DNA from: Candidatus Eiseniibacteriota bacterium | GTDB taxonomy: Bacteria; Eisenbacteria; RBG-16-71-46; CAZAMP01 | Direction: 5' to 3' | NCBI GenBank assembly: GCA_965224245.1 | Contig: OZ245046.1 | Coordinates: 896,001 to 960,000, forward strand | Length of the DNA: 64,000 nt | In this document: one piece after another, positions 10,230 through 20,472 of the stretch | How the letters are laid out: each line of letters opens with the position of its first letter | How positions within the stretch are numbered: the first letter of the stretch is position 1 | Made by a program: the position numbers and the translations under genes | Notes under the pieces: generated by a model | The model's input: the letters and a program-made list of their open reading frames with translations, nothing else | What the model was told of the DNA's origin: nothing | The model's database searches: none

Positions 10230-13200
10230 ATGAGTCATCGTGTGTCGCTTGCGATGTTTCTGCTGGCCATCGCTGCCTTGTCTCGTGCAAGTACCTTCAC
10301 CGAGGACTTCACGACCACAACCTACTGGGATGCAGCCGAGACGACCGCAAACTGGAACACCGGGGCCGGGGAGCTTGGACTGCACCCGTTCGAACCGAGC
10401 ATCGTCTCGGGTGTGGCTACGGGGCATGTGCGGAACGTGGCTGTGTCGGGGAACCTCGTCTTCGTGGCCAACGGCAGCCAGGGGTTTCTCGTGATCGACA
10501 TCACGGACCCCGCGAGTCCAGTGACCATCGGCAGTCTTCTCGACGCCTGGACTAAGTACGATCTCGCCGTGGCCGGGGATCATGTCTTCGCGGTGGGTAC
10601 GAGCGGCATTCAGGGGCTCGACGTCTCCGATCCCACCACGCCCGTGCTTGTCGGCAGCGCCGCGATACCGGGGACGTGTCTGGGCGTGGCACTGGCTGGA
10701 GACCACGCCTTCGTGGCAAACGGCAGCGATGGCCTTCGCGTGATCGACATCTCCGATCCGACGAGCCCCGCGATCGTCGGTCTCGTCGATACGCCAGGGT
10801 CCGCGTACGACGTGACGCTGGCCGGCGATCTAGCGTACGTGGCAGACCTCAACTTCGGTCTGCAGGTGATCGACATCTCCGATCCCACGACCCCTGGCAT
10901 CATGAGCAACGTCGATACGCCCGGGTCAGCAGCTTCGGTGGCGGTTTCGGGTGACATCGTGCACCTGACTGATCAGGCGGACGGACTGCACATGATCGAC
11001 GTGTCCGATCCCACATCGCCCACGATCGTCGGCAGCATCGATCCCGGCCTGGCGGCGGGCATCGCGGTGTCCGGAGACGTCGCGATCCTTGCGGACTTCA
11101 CTGCCGGGCTCCTGCTAATTGACATCACCGATCCTACGATGCCCACCATCCTCTCAAGCGCGCCGGTTCCCGCTGGCGGGACCGCGGTGACGGTAGCCGG
11201 GAACCTCGCATTTGTGGCAGACGGTAATCTTGATCTGCAGGTGTTCGAGATTGCTACTCCTGCGAGCCCTCTGAATGTCGGCAGCGTCGACACGCCGGAC
11301 GAAACCTACAGCGTCGCGATCGCCGGCGACGTCGCCTATGTGGCGGACCTGGGTTCCGGCGTCCAGGTGGTCGACATCTCTGATCCCGCGACCCCGGCAA
11401 TCATCGGCAGCGTCAACACACCGGGAGACGCCCGGGATATCGTCGCGACCGGTGACGTGGTGTATCTGGCCGATGACGCCTCCGGGCTCCAGGTGATCGA
11501 TGTGTCCGACCCCACAGCGCCGGCGATCATTGGAAGCATGGTCACTCCTGGGCGGGCACTCGGCCTCGCCGTGGAAGGCGATCTGGCCATCGTGGGAGAC
11601 TTCACGTCGGGACAGGTACTGACGGTCGATATCTCCTCGCCGGCGGCTCCAAGCATCGTCGGTAGCGTGCTCACGCCCGAGCGCCCCTTCAGCGTGGCGG
11701 TGGCCGGCGATGTCGCCTACGTGACCGACTACAACGTCGGTCTGCGGGCAATCGACATCTCCGATCCCGCGATCCCGGTGGAGATCGGTTCCGTCGCCAC
11801 ACCGGGCCCTCCGCGAACGGTCACCCTGTCCGGCGACGTCGCCTTCGTATCGGCCCGCGAGGCCGGCGTGGTGGCCATCGACGTCTCGGATCCAACCACG
11901 CCGACGATCGTTGGCAGCGTCGACACGCCGGGGTTCGCCACCGGCGTGACGGGCATCGCCGTCGCCGGCGACGTGGCGTTCGTGGCGGACTACGACTTCG
12001 GGGTCCAGGTGATCGACATCTCCGATCCCACGACGCTCGCGATCATCGGCGGGCTCGATACACCCGGCCTGTGCCGGAGCGTCGTGCTAGCCGGCGAGCA
12101 CGCCTTCGTGTCCGATGGTGAAGTCGGCCTCCAGATGATGCGCGTCTTCCAGCACACGTTCGATGAGTCTCGCAACGTCGGCCAGTCTCTGCCGCTACCC
12201 ACGGGTACCGACATCGTCATGAAGACGCGACTCTCGAGCGTTCAGACCGATCACGTCAGCTGGGAACTCAGCGCGAACGGGGAGAGCGATTTCACGTCGG
12301 TCGTTCCGGGCGCGGACTGGATGACGATCAACCCCGGCCAGAATCTCGTGTGGCGGTCGACCCATGCGCTCTCGGCGTCCCTCGCGAACCCCGCGGCCCA
12401 GGAGGTGACGATCGAGTGGCTCACGAAGTGGGCGCCGATCATCTCGATCACCGACGTTCCCGACGACGAGGGGCGCGCGGTATCGCTCACACTGACCCGC
12501 TCGGCGCACGAGTTCGACGACGAGACGACCTTCCCGGTGGTCGGCTACGCGATCTACCGGCGGGTCGACCAGGCGTCACTCGTCCGCGATGTCATGGAAG
12601 TCGGCACGATGCCCGATGCCGTCAGTCTCGACGGCACGCCGCTGGCCTCGTACGGGCCGGATCGCGTCCGTCTCATCGGCGATCGCGAGTTCGTGCTGGG
12701 CGATGCGCTGGCGGCGGGCGACGGCTTCCCCCCCGGTGTCTGGGAAGGTGTCGGCTGGGTGCTTCCCGAGCGAAGCGACACGTACACGACCACGGTCGCC
12801 ACGGCCGCCGACTCGAGTGGTTTCGGCATCCCGTGGTCGGTCTACCTCACGGCCACGCACACGACGACGCCGGCGGCGTACTTCCTGAGCGAGCCCGACA
12901 GCGCCTACTCGGTGGACAATCGCGCGCCGGCTGCACCGACGGGCCTGGCGCTCGTCGGGAACGATCTCTCCTGGGACACGGCCCCCGAATCCGACTTTGC
13001 GTATCATAGTGTCTACGGATCGTCATCATCGGAGTTCGATCCCGGAGCAACGTTCATCGACTACACGATCGATGCGACGTACGACGTGACTGGGCACGTC
13101 CATGCGTACTTCCACGTCACGACCACGGACTTCGCCGACAACGAGGGCGACGCCGCGAGCATCGAGAGTGATTTGCTGTCGGCGCCCGAAATGACGGTCC

Positions 13201-13481
13201 CGTCGGCGTACGCGCTGGCCCCACCGGGGCCGAACCCTGTCCGCAGCGGAACGACGTTGACGTTCACGTTGCCCGAGAGGGAAGAGGTGGTGCTGGTCAT
13301 CTACGACACCGGGGGGCGGGCCGTTCGGACCCTGGCTCGTGGTGCACACCGCGCCGCGGTCCATCGTGTGTCGTGGGAGGGCCGTGACGACGACGGGCGA
13401 CCCATCGCCCCGGGTGTCTACTTCGCACGTCTCCGCGCGGGCGCGTTTCACGCGGAGCGTCGTCTCACCGTGGTCCGGTGA
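10230..13481 (+). CDS. Secreted LVIVD-repeat protein with FlgD-Ig C-terminal domain
   Basis: Signal peptide, FTEDFTTT N-terminal motif, LVIVD repeats, paralogous to 2..2422 and 57909..61253. Confidence 0.9.
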   Translation: MSHRVSLAMFLLAIAALSRASTFTEDFTTTTYWDAAETTANWNTGAGELGLHPFEPSIVSGVATGHVRNVAVSGNLVFVANGSQGFLVIDITDPASPVTIGSLLDAWTKYDLAVAGDHVFAVGTSGIQGLDVSDPTTPVLVGSAAIPGTCLGVALAGDHAFVANGSDGLRVIDISDPTSPAIVGLVDTPGSAYDVTLAGDLAYVADLNFGLQVIDISDPTTPGIMSNVDTPGSAASVAVSGDIVHLTDQADGLHMIDVSDPTSPTIVGSIDPGLAAGIAVSGDVAILADFTAGLLLIDITDPTMPTILSSAPVPAGGTAVTVAGNLAFVADGNLDLQVFEIATPASPLNVGSVDTPDETYSVAIAGDVAYVADLGSGVQVVDISDPATPAIIGSVNTPGDARDIVATGDVVYLADDASGLQVIDVSDPTAPAIIGSMVTPGRALGLAVEGDLAIVGDFTSGQVLTVDISSPAAPSIVGSVLTPERPFSVAVAGDVAYVTDYNVGLRAIDISDPAIPVEIGSVATPGPPRTVTLSGDVAFVSAREAGVVAIDVSDPTTPTIVGSVDTPGFATGVTGIAVAGDVAFVADYDFGVQVIDISDPTTLAIIGGLDTPGLCRSVVLAGEHAFVSDGEVGLQMMRVFQHTFDESRNVGQSLPLPTGTDIVMKTRLSSVQTDHVSWELSANGESDFTSVVPGADWMTINPGQNLVWRSTHALSASLANPAAQEVTIEWLTKWAPIISITDVPDDEGRAVSLTLTRSAHEFDDETTFPVVGYAIYRRVDQASLVRDVMEVGTMPDAVSLDGTPLASYGPDRVRLIGDREFVLGDALAAGDGFPPGVWEGVGWVLPERSDTYTTTVATAADSSGFGIPWSVYLTATHTTTPAAYFLSEPDSAYSVDNRAPAAPTGLALVGNDLSWDTAPESDFAYHSVYGSSSSEFDPGATFIDYTIDATYDVTGHVHAYFHVTTTDFADNEGDAASIESDLLSAPEMTVPSAYALAPPGPNPVRSGTTLTFTLPEREEVVLVIYDTGGRAVRTLARGAHRAAVHRVSWEGRDDDGRPIAPGVYFARLRAGAFHAERRLTVVR

Positions 13482-13528
13482 TATGGAATGACCCTGTCAA
13501 GAGGCGAGTCTCTCCGGTCGGGAGGGGG

Positions 13529-14881
13529 GGATGCGTCCCGATTGTTGTGGAAAAGCGTAGCGCCCTCCTGATTGCGTGATAGTAGCGCGTTACGCGGCGT
13601 CTCGGCACCTCCGAGCCGAGATCGTGGCCACGTGCTGGTGTCCGTTGATCTTGCGCATCTTGATCTGACCGAACGCAACGAGACCGTAGAGCAACGTCAG
13701 CGCCGCCTCTTCGGTCGAGAACGACGCTTGGGTCTTGGTCCGCCGGCGGAACTCTCGGTTCAGATTCTCGATCGAGTTGGTCGATCGCAGCGACTTCCAC
13801 ATCGGCTTGGGGAACTCGTAGAACGTGAGGAGCTGATGCCCCACCTCCTCGAGACTTCTCGCGACGGCCGGACAGAGCGTCCGCCACTTACCCAGGAACG
13901 CGTCGTACGCCCCTCGTGCGTCCATGGCCGAGGTGGCCATGACGATCGCGTGGTAGTCGCGGGCGAGCTCAGGCCGGGCATGGACCGGACAGCACGCCTC
14001 GAGATTCGCACGCTTGTGAACCGTGCACCGCTGAACGCCAGCTTCGGGCCAGAGCGCAACCGCGCGAAGCAGTCCTTTGTGACCGTCGCTGATGATCAGC
14101 TCAGGACTCGGGAGTCCGCGAGCCCCAAGGTCCTCGATCACCGCGCCCCAGTTCGTCGCCGCCTCGCTGGCGGCGAGTCGAAGCGCCACCAGGCGCTTGT
14201 TTCCGGCCTCATCGACGCCCATCACCACCAGGACCGGCACGCTCACCACCCGGCGAGCCAGCCGCACCTTCAGGTGGATCGCATCGAGCATGACGATCGG
14301 ATAGGTCTCCTCGCTCAGGTCCCGCTCGCTCCAGCTCTGGAACAGCGCCTTGAGTCGAGATACGACCCGAGAAACGGCGCTCTTCGAGAGGTTCGCTTCG
14401 CCAAGAAGCGGCAGAAGCGCCTTGCGGATACGTCGACTGTTCGCGCCGGCGAGATACACCCCGAGGATGGCGTCGTCGACCCGGCGGGTACGACGGGCGT
14501 AGCGGGGCAGGATCTCGCTCGTGAACTCGGTGGTGTTCCCCGACTCGTCGCGGACGCGAGCCCTGGGAACCGAGATCTCCATCGGACCGGACTCCGTCGT
14601 GATCGTTCGCGACGTTCGCCCGTTCCGATAGCCTCGACGCTCATCGGTCCGCTGGTATCGAGAAGACCCGAGAAGCTCCGACAGCTCCTCCTCGATCACG
14701 ACCTCGACGACCTGTGCGATCCGCTGCTGGAGAAGCTCACGAACGACGTGACGGACGGGAAGTTGGGACGGAGCGGTGGTAGACTGAGCCATGGCGTTTC
14801 CTCCTCGCCCGGTGGGCGGTCTGGTTTGGCAACCAGGAGGTTACGCCATTTTCGTTTTTCCACAGGACTCGGGACGGATCC
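13529..14881 (-). mobile_element. IS256-family insertion sequence, copy 1
   Basis: TIRs GGAT(C/G)CGTCCCGA..TGTGGAAAA; 8-bp target duplication GGAGGGGG (13521-13528 / 14882-14889). Confidence 0.93.
13590..14792 (-). CDS. IS256-family (mutator-type DDE) transposase
   Basis: RRGYRNG, SKSAVSR, MLDAIHLKV, ISDGHKGL, QRCTVHK, RSTNSIENLNREFRRR. Confidence 0.95.
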   Translation of the reverse strand: MAQSTTAPSQLPVRHVVRELLQQRIAQVVEVVIEEELSELLGSSRYQRTDERRGYRNGRTSRTITTESGPMEISVPRARVRDESGNTTEFTSEILPRYARRTRRVDDAILGVYLAGANSRRIRKALLPLLGEANLSKSAVSRVVSRLKALFQSWSERDLSEETYPIVMLDAIHLKVRLARRVVSVPVLVVMGVDEAGNKRLVALRLAASEAATNWGAVIEDLGARGLPSPELIISDGHKGLLRAVALWPEAGVQRCTVHKRANLEACCPVHARPELARDYHAIVMATSAMDARGAYDAFLGKWRTLCPAVARSLEEVGHQLLTFYEFPKPMWKSLRSTNSIENLNREFRRRTKTQASFSTEEAALTLLYGLVAFGQIKMRKINGHQHVATISARRCRDAA

Positions 14882-15364
14882 GGAGGGGGTCGCCTCTCTT
14901 CGTATAGACGAGTTCGAGATGACATCGATCAATGGCGGCTTCGACGACGAGTCACGCTGCTGTTCGCGGGTTGAACCGGCGTCTCGGCCAGAGCCGCATG
15001 TGATCCGTCGGGAGAGGACGCTGTCTGAACTCGCGGGTTCGGGAGTGAACTCCGTACCGCACACCGCAGTTGCGCGCCGTCTCCAGATTCGTGCCTTCGA
15101 TCAGATGTCACCTCGAACGTCAACATCGTGGTGTCGTCAGTGGGCGATCGCGAGCCGGTCATTCCATCTTGTCTGAGCTGATCACGGGAAGTTCCATGGG
15201 CTCTGGGTCTTGGCGCGCCTACGCCTTGCCGACGCGAATGACGCCCGTGAGCCCGTTACCCTTGGCGTCTGGAGACGAGCGTGCTGTGATACGTATCCGT
15301 TCGGTGAACCCATGTTGAGCCCATCGGCCGGTCCTGAGAACGTGCGCACCCGAGGAGGTGCCGC

Positions 15365-15721
15365 ATGCTCTCGAAGTCGATCACGACCGCGCTCGCCCCG
15401 ATCTCCGACAACCGCTACTGGCGGGAGTCGGACGCGGAACGCGCACTTGCCATCTGGAGCCAGAGTGGGCTCACACTGAACGCCTTTGCGCGACAGTGTG
15501 GCCTCAGTGTGTCGCGACTGCGCCGCTGGAAGTCCAAGCTCGAGGCCGACGGCAGCCCCCGCTTCCACCCGGTCGAGATCGTGGAGACGGCTGACGCCGA
15601 CGTGGCCGACTCCGACGCCGGTATCGAGCTCATCGTCGGACAGCGCCACCGGATCGTCGTCCGCCGCGGCTTCGATCGCACGCTGCTACACGAGCTCATC
15701 GAGGCGCTCGATCCGTGCTGA
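15365..15721 (+). CDS. tnpA: IS66 accessory protein TnpA
   Basis: W..SGLT..AFA...GLS...L..W HTH; first ORF inside IS66 TIRs. Confidence 0.8.
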   Translation: MLSKSITTALAPISDNRYWRESDAERALAIWSQSGLTLNAFARQCGLSVSRLRRWKSKLEADGSPRFHPVEIVETADADVADSDAGIELIVGQRHRIVVRRGFDRTLLHELIEALDPC

Positions 15722-16095
15722 CCCTGCCGCACACCGTGCGCATCTACATCGCCGCTGAGCCCGTCGATCTCCGCAAGGGCTTCGACGGGCTCTCGGCGGC
15801 CACGCGCGAGATCATCTCCGCCGATCCCCTCTCGGGACACCTGTTCGTGTTCATCAACCGGCGCGCGAACCGGATGAAGATCCTCGTCTGGCAGCCCTCG
15901 GGCTATCTCCTCGTCTACAAGCGCCTCGAACGCGGCCGCTTCACGCTCCCGCGCCACCCCGAGGTCGGGTCCTCGCACGTCGAGATCGAGTCGTCGGAGC
16001 TGACGTTGCTCCTGGATGGGATCGATCTTCGCGGCTCCCAGCGCCGGAGTCGCTGGTCGCCGAAGAAGGGACTTGCCTGGCGCGCGACGATGTGA
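15715..16095 (+). CDS. tnpB: IS66 accessory protein TnpB
   Basis: PVDLRKGFDGL, LFVFINRR, KRLERGRF, LLLDGIDL. Confidence 0.93.
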   Translation: MLTLPHTVRIYIAAEPVDLRKGFDGLSAATREIISADPLSGHLFVFINRRANRMKILVWQPSGYLLVYKRLERGRFTLPRHPEVGSSHVEIESSELTLLLDGIDLRGSQRRSRWSPKKGLAWRATM

Positions 16096-16107
16096 TTCAA
16101 AGAGTGC

Positions 16108-17721
16108 ATGACCTTCGCGCAACTCACTCGTGAACTCGAGCGCTTCCGCTCCGAGCTCCAGACGCTGGCCGCCAACGGCCGTACCGATGACGCGATCGAG
16201 AAGGCGTTCGAGCGCATGCGCCTGCTCCTGCACCGGAACCTCCATCTCGAGCTGGCGCTGTTCGCCGAGCGTCGCAAGCGCGCGGGGATCCGGAGCGAGA
16301 AGGTGGACCCGGCTCAGCTGTTGTTGATGTTGGCCAAGATGCCCGAGAACAACGTCGATCCCGAGAACGATCTCGACGACACCGAGACCGACGATGCGCA
16401 GCTGACGGAGGAGATCGCGGCGGCCGAAGCGGCGTTGCCGAGTCCGCCGACGCGGCGGCCCCGCCGGCAACGGCTCCCCGAGACACTCCCACGCGAGATC
16501 GTGACCCACACGCTGCCGGAGCAGGATCTGCCTTGCGGCACGTGTGGCGTTCCGATGAAGGCGATCGGCGAGGACGTGAGCGAGATCCTGCGCCTGGTCC
16601 CCGCCCGGTTCGAGGTCGAGGAGCACCGTCGCACGAAGTACGCGTGTTCGACGTGCAAGGACGCGGTGGTCACCGCGCCGGGGCCCGCCAAGTTCATCGA
16701 CAAGGGTCGTGCGGCGCCGAGCCTCTTGGCGCACGTCGTTCAAGCGAAGTACCAGGACCACATCCCGCTGGCGCGGCTGAGCGAGATCTACGCCCGCGGC
16801 GGGGTCGCGATCGCGCGCTCCACGCTCTGCGACTGGACGGCGCGCGTGGCCGAGGAGCTACGGCCCATCGCCGAGCGGATCTGGGAGAAGGCGTTCCACG
16901 CGCACACGCTGCAGAGCGACGCGACCGGGCTGCGGGTGCTCGATCGTGACGACCCGAACGGGGTGCGGATGGGCACGATGTGGTGCGCCATCGGGGATGG
17001 GACGTACGCGGCGTTCCACTACGCGAAGACCGGCACGGGCGAGGACGGCCCGTGGCGCTTCCTGGCGGGCCGCGAGGGCTATCACCAGGCGGACGCGGCG
17101 ACGGTCTACGATCGGGTGTACAACGGCGAGGTGGCCAGCGCGATCGAGGTCGGCTGCTGGGCGCATGCCAGGCGGGGCTTCGAGGCGTTGCGCGACACGG
17201 ACTCTCGCGTGGCGTATCCGCTGAAGCTGATCGCGCAGCTGTATCGAGTGGAGACGCTGGCCGATCGGCGTGGGCTCGATCCCCCCGAACGCCAGGAGCT
17301 CCGCACCGAGCGCAGCCGAGCGATCCTGGATCGGCTCGATCGATGGATCGTGCGAACCGAAGAGTCCGAGCCGCCCGAGAGCGCGCTGTCGAAGGCGTGC
17401 GGGTACGTCGTGAATCAACACGACGCGCTCTGGTGCTTCCTCGACGACGGACATCTGCCGTTGGACAACAACCTGTGCGAGCGGCAGTTGAGAGCGGTCG
17501 CCGTCGGTCGGAAGAACTACCTGTTCGCGGGATCCGACCGGGCCGCCCAGCGCGCGGCGATCCTCTACTCCGTCGTGCGCACCGCCGCGCTGGCGAAGAT
17601 CGACGTCTACGCGTATCTCATCCGCGTTCTCGAGCGCATCGCCGATGGGTGGCCCGACGCCAAGATCGACGAGCTGCTGCCCGAGAACCACGTTCCCTGC
17701 TACGAAGCAGACCCCAGGTAG
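16108..17721 (+). CDS. tnpC: IS66 transposase TnpC
   Basis: C..CG/C..C zinc finger, KYQDHIPL, CWAHARR, DNNLCERQLR..AVGRKNYLFAGS. Confidence 0.95.
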   Translation: MTFAQLTRELERFRSELQTLAANGRTDDAIEKAFERMRLLLHRNLHLELALFAERRKRAGIRSEKVDPAQLLLMLAKMPENNVDPENDLDDTETDDAQLTEEIAAAEAALPSPPTRRPRRQRLPETLPREIVTHTLPEQDLPCGTCGVPMKAIGEDVSEILRLVPARFEVEEHRRTKYACSTCKDAVVTAPGPAKFIDKGRAAPSLLAHVVQAKYQDHIPLARLSEIYARGGVAIARSTLCDWTARVAEELRPIAERIWEKAFHAHTLQSDATGLRVLDRDDPNGVRMGTMWCAIGDGTYAAFHYAKTGTGEDGPWRFLAGREGYHQADAATVYDRVYNGEVASAIEVGCWAHARRGFEALRDTDSRVAYPLKLIAQLYRVETLADRRGLDPPERQELRTERSRAILDRLDRWIVRTEESEPPESALSKACGYVVNQHDALWCFLDDGHLPLDNNLCERQLRAVAVGRKNYLFAGSDRAAQRAAILYSVVRTAALAKIDVYAYLIRVLERIADGWPDAKIDELLPENHVPCYEADPR

Positions 17722-17833
17722 GCCTCACCCGACAGCGCGCCGGGACACGGGCTGATCACCCGGATGGGATGCCCGAACGGTTACTGTGATACGGCACTCG
17801 TGGTGCTGCGCGGGCTCACGGCAGCGGGATTTG

Positions 17834-18033
17834 GAGCCCCAGCCGGTCTCCCCGATATCGCTTGGGGCTCGAAAACATCTCTACCTCTCTGTTTGGAGTG
17901 ACGTTCGGTTGATCGCTGTAAGTTGTTGGTGGGGGGGTGTCGTGATCTTGGCGAGGGTCGGACGGAAGAGTTCGAACCGCCTCACTCGGGTCACCACTGA
18001 TGCGTCCGTAGCGGCTTTATCGGCCGCGGGCTA
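17834..18033 (+). repeat. Intergenic element A, copy 2
   Basis: GAGCCCC..GGGGCTCGAA, TCTCTACCTCTCTGTTTGGA, GTTCG, AGTTCGAACCGCCTCACTCGGGTCACCA, TAGC..GCTA box. Confidence 0.85.
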
Positions 18034-19072
18034 CAGCCCTGACCGTCGACCCGTCAGCACCTTTCGCCCGAGCAGTGCACTCCACCAGCACGCTCTTCGT
18101 GCGATTCCCTCGAGCGGTCTCGTCGCCTCTCTTCTTGCTCTCCAGGCGGGAGCATCTGAGACCTATCCGTTCTCCCGGGAGTGGCCAGCGTCGAGCAACA
18201 TGCGCTCGATGCGCCAAGAGAACCGGAGCACTGCTACGGGGTGACCACGGAGCGAAGGGTCCACGTCGACGTCTCCAGTCGCAGCCGCGCGAAGTAGACA
18301 CCCGGAACGAGCTCGACCCCCGCCACGTTGACGAGACGCCCCTCCGGTCCGGTTCGTGGGACATCCTGCTCGTAGACACGTCTCCCCAGGACATCGAACA
18401 CTTCCAGCCGCCCGGTCGCGGAAACCCCTGGCAGAACCCGGTAGGAGAGGCTCGGGCCCGGATTGCGCGTTGCATGCAGCAGGGCCGGTCGCTGCGCGAT
18501 CCCGACGTCCGTATCCGAGGTCGAGAGAAGCGCCTGCGGTCCCCGGAACAGCACCTCGCTCAGCCCCACGTATTCGGCGGCCAGGCCACTGTGCGCGCTG
18601 TCTGTGTCGAACTTGACCAGTCGGACTCCCGTTGCCTGGAAGGAGACGAGCTGCGCCGGCTCTGCGGGTCCGCCCGCCGCGACGTCGAGCGTGAACACGT
18701 CGACGGGGTCGCGGTCAGAGGATCCAGGTCGCTCGACACCAGGAGCCGAAAGCTGGCCACACCACGGTCTTCCAGGGCCGACTGATTGTGGTTCCAGATG
18801 TAGGCTCCGAGGAGATCGTATTCAGCACCGAGGTCGAAGATGAGTGCCTGTTCGTCGACCGCCGGCGGAGTCCCGACAGGGCCTCCGAGGCCACCATCGA
18901 CATCACCCGCGTGCCACATCGTTGCGGCACTGGCATCGTCGTCGTGTGTCCATGTCTCTACCGGTCCAGCACCGGACAGTCCGCTACCGTTGATGAGATT
19001 GATGGCGCGTCCATCTGGAGTTGACCCGGTTTCGTGGACACCAAGCCCTTACAATGGGGCGAGGAGGTCCCG

Positions 19073-19387
19073 ATGCCAAGATCCCGTCGATCGTACCCGC
19101 CTGAGTTCCGCCGCCAGCTGATCGAGCTGGTCCGTGCCGGACGAACCCCCGAGTCTCTCGCCCGTGAGTTCGAACCGTCGGCCGGGGCGATCCGGAACTG
19201 GGTCAGACAGGCCGATCTCGATGAAGGCCGCCGGGAGGACGGTGTGACCAGCGAGGAGCGAGAGGAACTCACCCGCCTGCGCCGTGAGAACCGGCAGCTT
19301 CGTGAAGAGCGGGAGATTCTAAAAAAAGCCGCGGCCTGGTTCGCTCGGGAGACCGAGTCAACGCCCCCGAAGCGTTCGCGTTCGTGA
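19073..19387 (+). CDS. IS3 OrfA (HTH), fused to OrfB by a likely -1 frameshift
   Basis: YPPEFR, IRNWV, EELTRLRRENRQLREEREILKKA. Confidence 0.9.
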   Translation: MPRSRRSYPPEFRRQLIELVRAGRTPESLAREFEPSAGAIRNWVRQADLDEGRREDGVTSEEREELTRLRRENRQLREEREILKKAAAWFARETESTPPKRSRS

Positions 19388-20235
19388 AGGCGAATCGGGC
19401 CGACCACGCGGTGCGCACGATGTGCCGAGTGCTGGGCGTCTCCACCAGCGGGTACTACGCGTGGCTTGATCGTCCCCTCAGCAACCGGGCACGGGAGGAT
19501 GCGGTCTTGCTGGAGATGATCGAGGAGTTCCACACGCGATCGGATGGGACCTATGGCGTTCCCCGCATCCACCAGGATCTGATCGATGAGGACATCTTCG
19601 TGGGAAAGAAGCGGGTTGGGCGCTTGATGCGCCTCAAGCAGCTCCAGGGCGTTCATCGACGGGCTCGGAGACGGACCACGATCCGTGGCGATGAACCCCC
19701 GTCTCAGGATCTGGTGAACCGGCGCTTCGAAGCCGACGGACCCGATCAGCTCTGGGTGGCGGACATCACCTACGTGCCGACCTGGGTGGGCTTTCTGTTC
19801 CTGGCCGTGGTGCTCGACGCGTGGAGTCGGCGCGTGGTGGGCTGGGCCATGGCCTCGCACCTGCGATCGGAGCTGGTTCTCGAGGCCCTGGAGATGGCCC
19901 TTCATCGCCGCCGTCCCGAGAACGTGATCCATCACTCCGACCAGGGGTGTCAGTACACGTCCTACGCCTTCGGAAAGCGTTGTCGGCAAGCCGGCGTGCG
20001 CCCCTCGATGGGATCGGTGGGCGACTGCTACGACAACGCTATGTGCGAGAGCTTCTTCGCCACACTGGAGTGCGAGCTCATCGAGCGCCGCACCTTCCGG
20101 AACCGGACCGATGCGAGGCGAGAGCTGTTCCAGTTCATCGAGGGGTGGTACAACCCTCATCGTCGTCACTCCGCCTTGGGGTATCGTTCACCCATGGCGT
20201 TCGAGGCGGCTCAGCTCGAGCCGATCCTCACATGA
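19384..20235 (+). CDS. IS3 OrfB DDE transposase/integrase domain
   Basis: WVADITY, HHSDQGCQYTS, CYDNAMCESFF..LECE, YNPHRRHSALGY. Confidence 0.95.
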   Translation: MKANRADHAVRTMCRVLGVSTSGYYAWLDRPLSNRAREDAVLLEMIEEFHTRSDGTYGVPRIHQDLIDEDIFVGKKRVGRLMRLKQLQGVHRRARRRTTIRGDEPPSQDLVNRRFEADGPDQLWVADITYVPTWVGFLFLAVVLDAWSRRVVGWAMASHLRSELVLEALEMALHRRRPENVIHHSDQGCQYTSYAFGKRCRQAGVRPSMGSVGDCYDNAMCESFFATLECELIERRTFRNRTDARRELFQFIEGWYNPHRRHSALGYRSPMAFEAAQLEPILT

Positions 20236-20472
20236 AACCTGTCCACCGAAGCGGGGCAACTCCAATCCGTTTCCCCGCCGCCCCATTCCGACGTACTCAG
20301 CACCTCGACCGGCGCGATGACGAGCGAGGGTTCTTGGGGGACACACTCGACATAAGCGGGTGTGAAGTCACTGATGTCCACGAGATCTAGTCCGCCGCTC
20401 CGTCCGTCAAAGTTAGACGTGGCGACGAATGCGTATCCCGACAACGTGGGATCGTCGCAGGCTGCAATCGGT

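Larger units (their letters stand above)
13474..14960 (+). repeat. Intergenic element B, copy 1 (split by IS256)
   Basis: After removing the IS, aligns over ~130 bp with 40251-40379; first 34 nt identical. Confidence 0.8.
15293..17784 (+). mobile_element. IS66-family insertion sequence
   Basis: TIRs GTA(T/A)CCGTTCGG...CCCAT; 8-bp duplication TGTGATAC (15285-15292 / 17785-17792); tnpA-B-C layout. Confidence 0.93.
19016..20264 (+). mobile_element. IS3-family insertion sequence
   Basis: TIRs TGGAGTTG(A/C)CCCG....GTGGACA; 3-bp duplication ATC; A7G slippery site 19321-19328. Confidence 0.93.
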
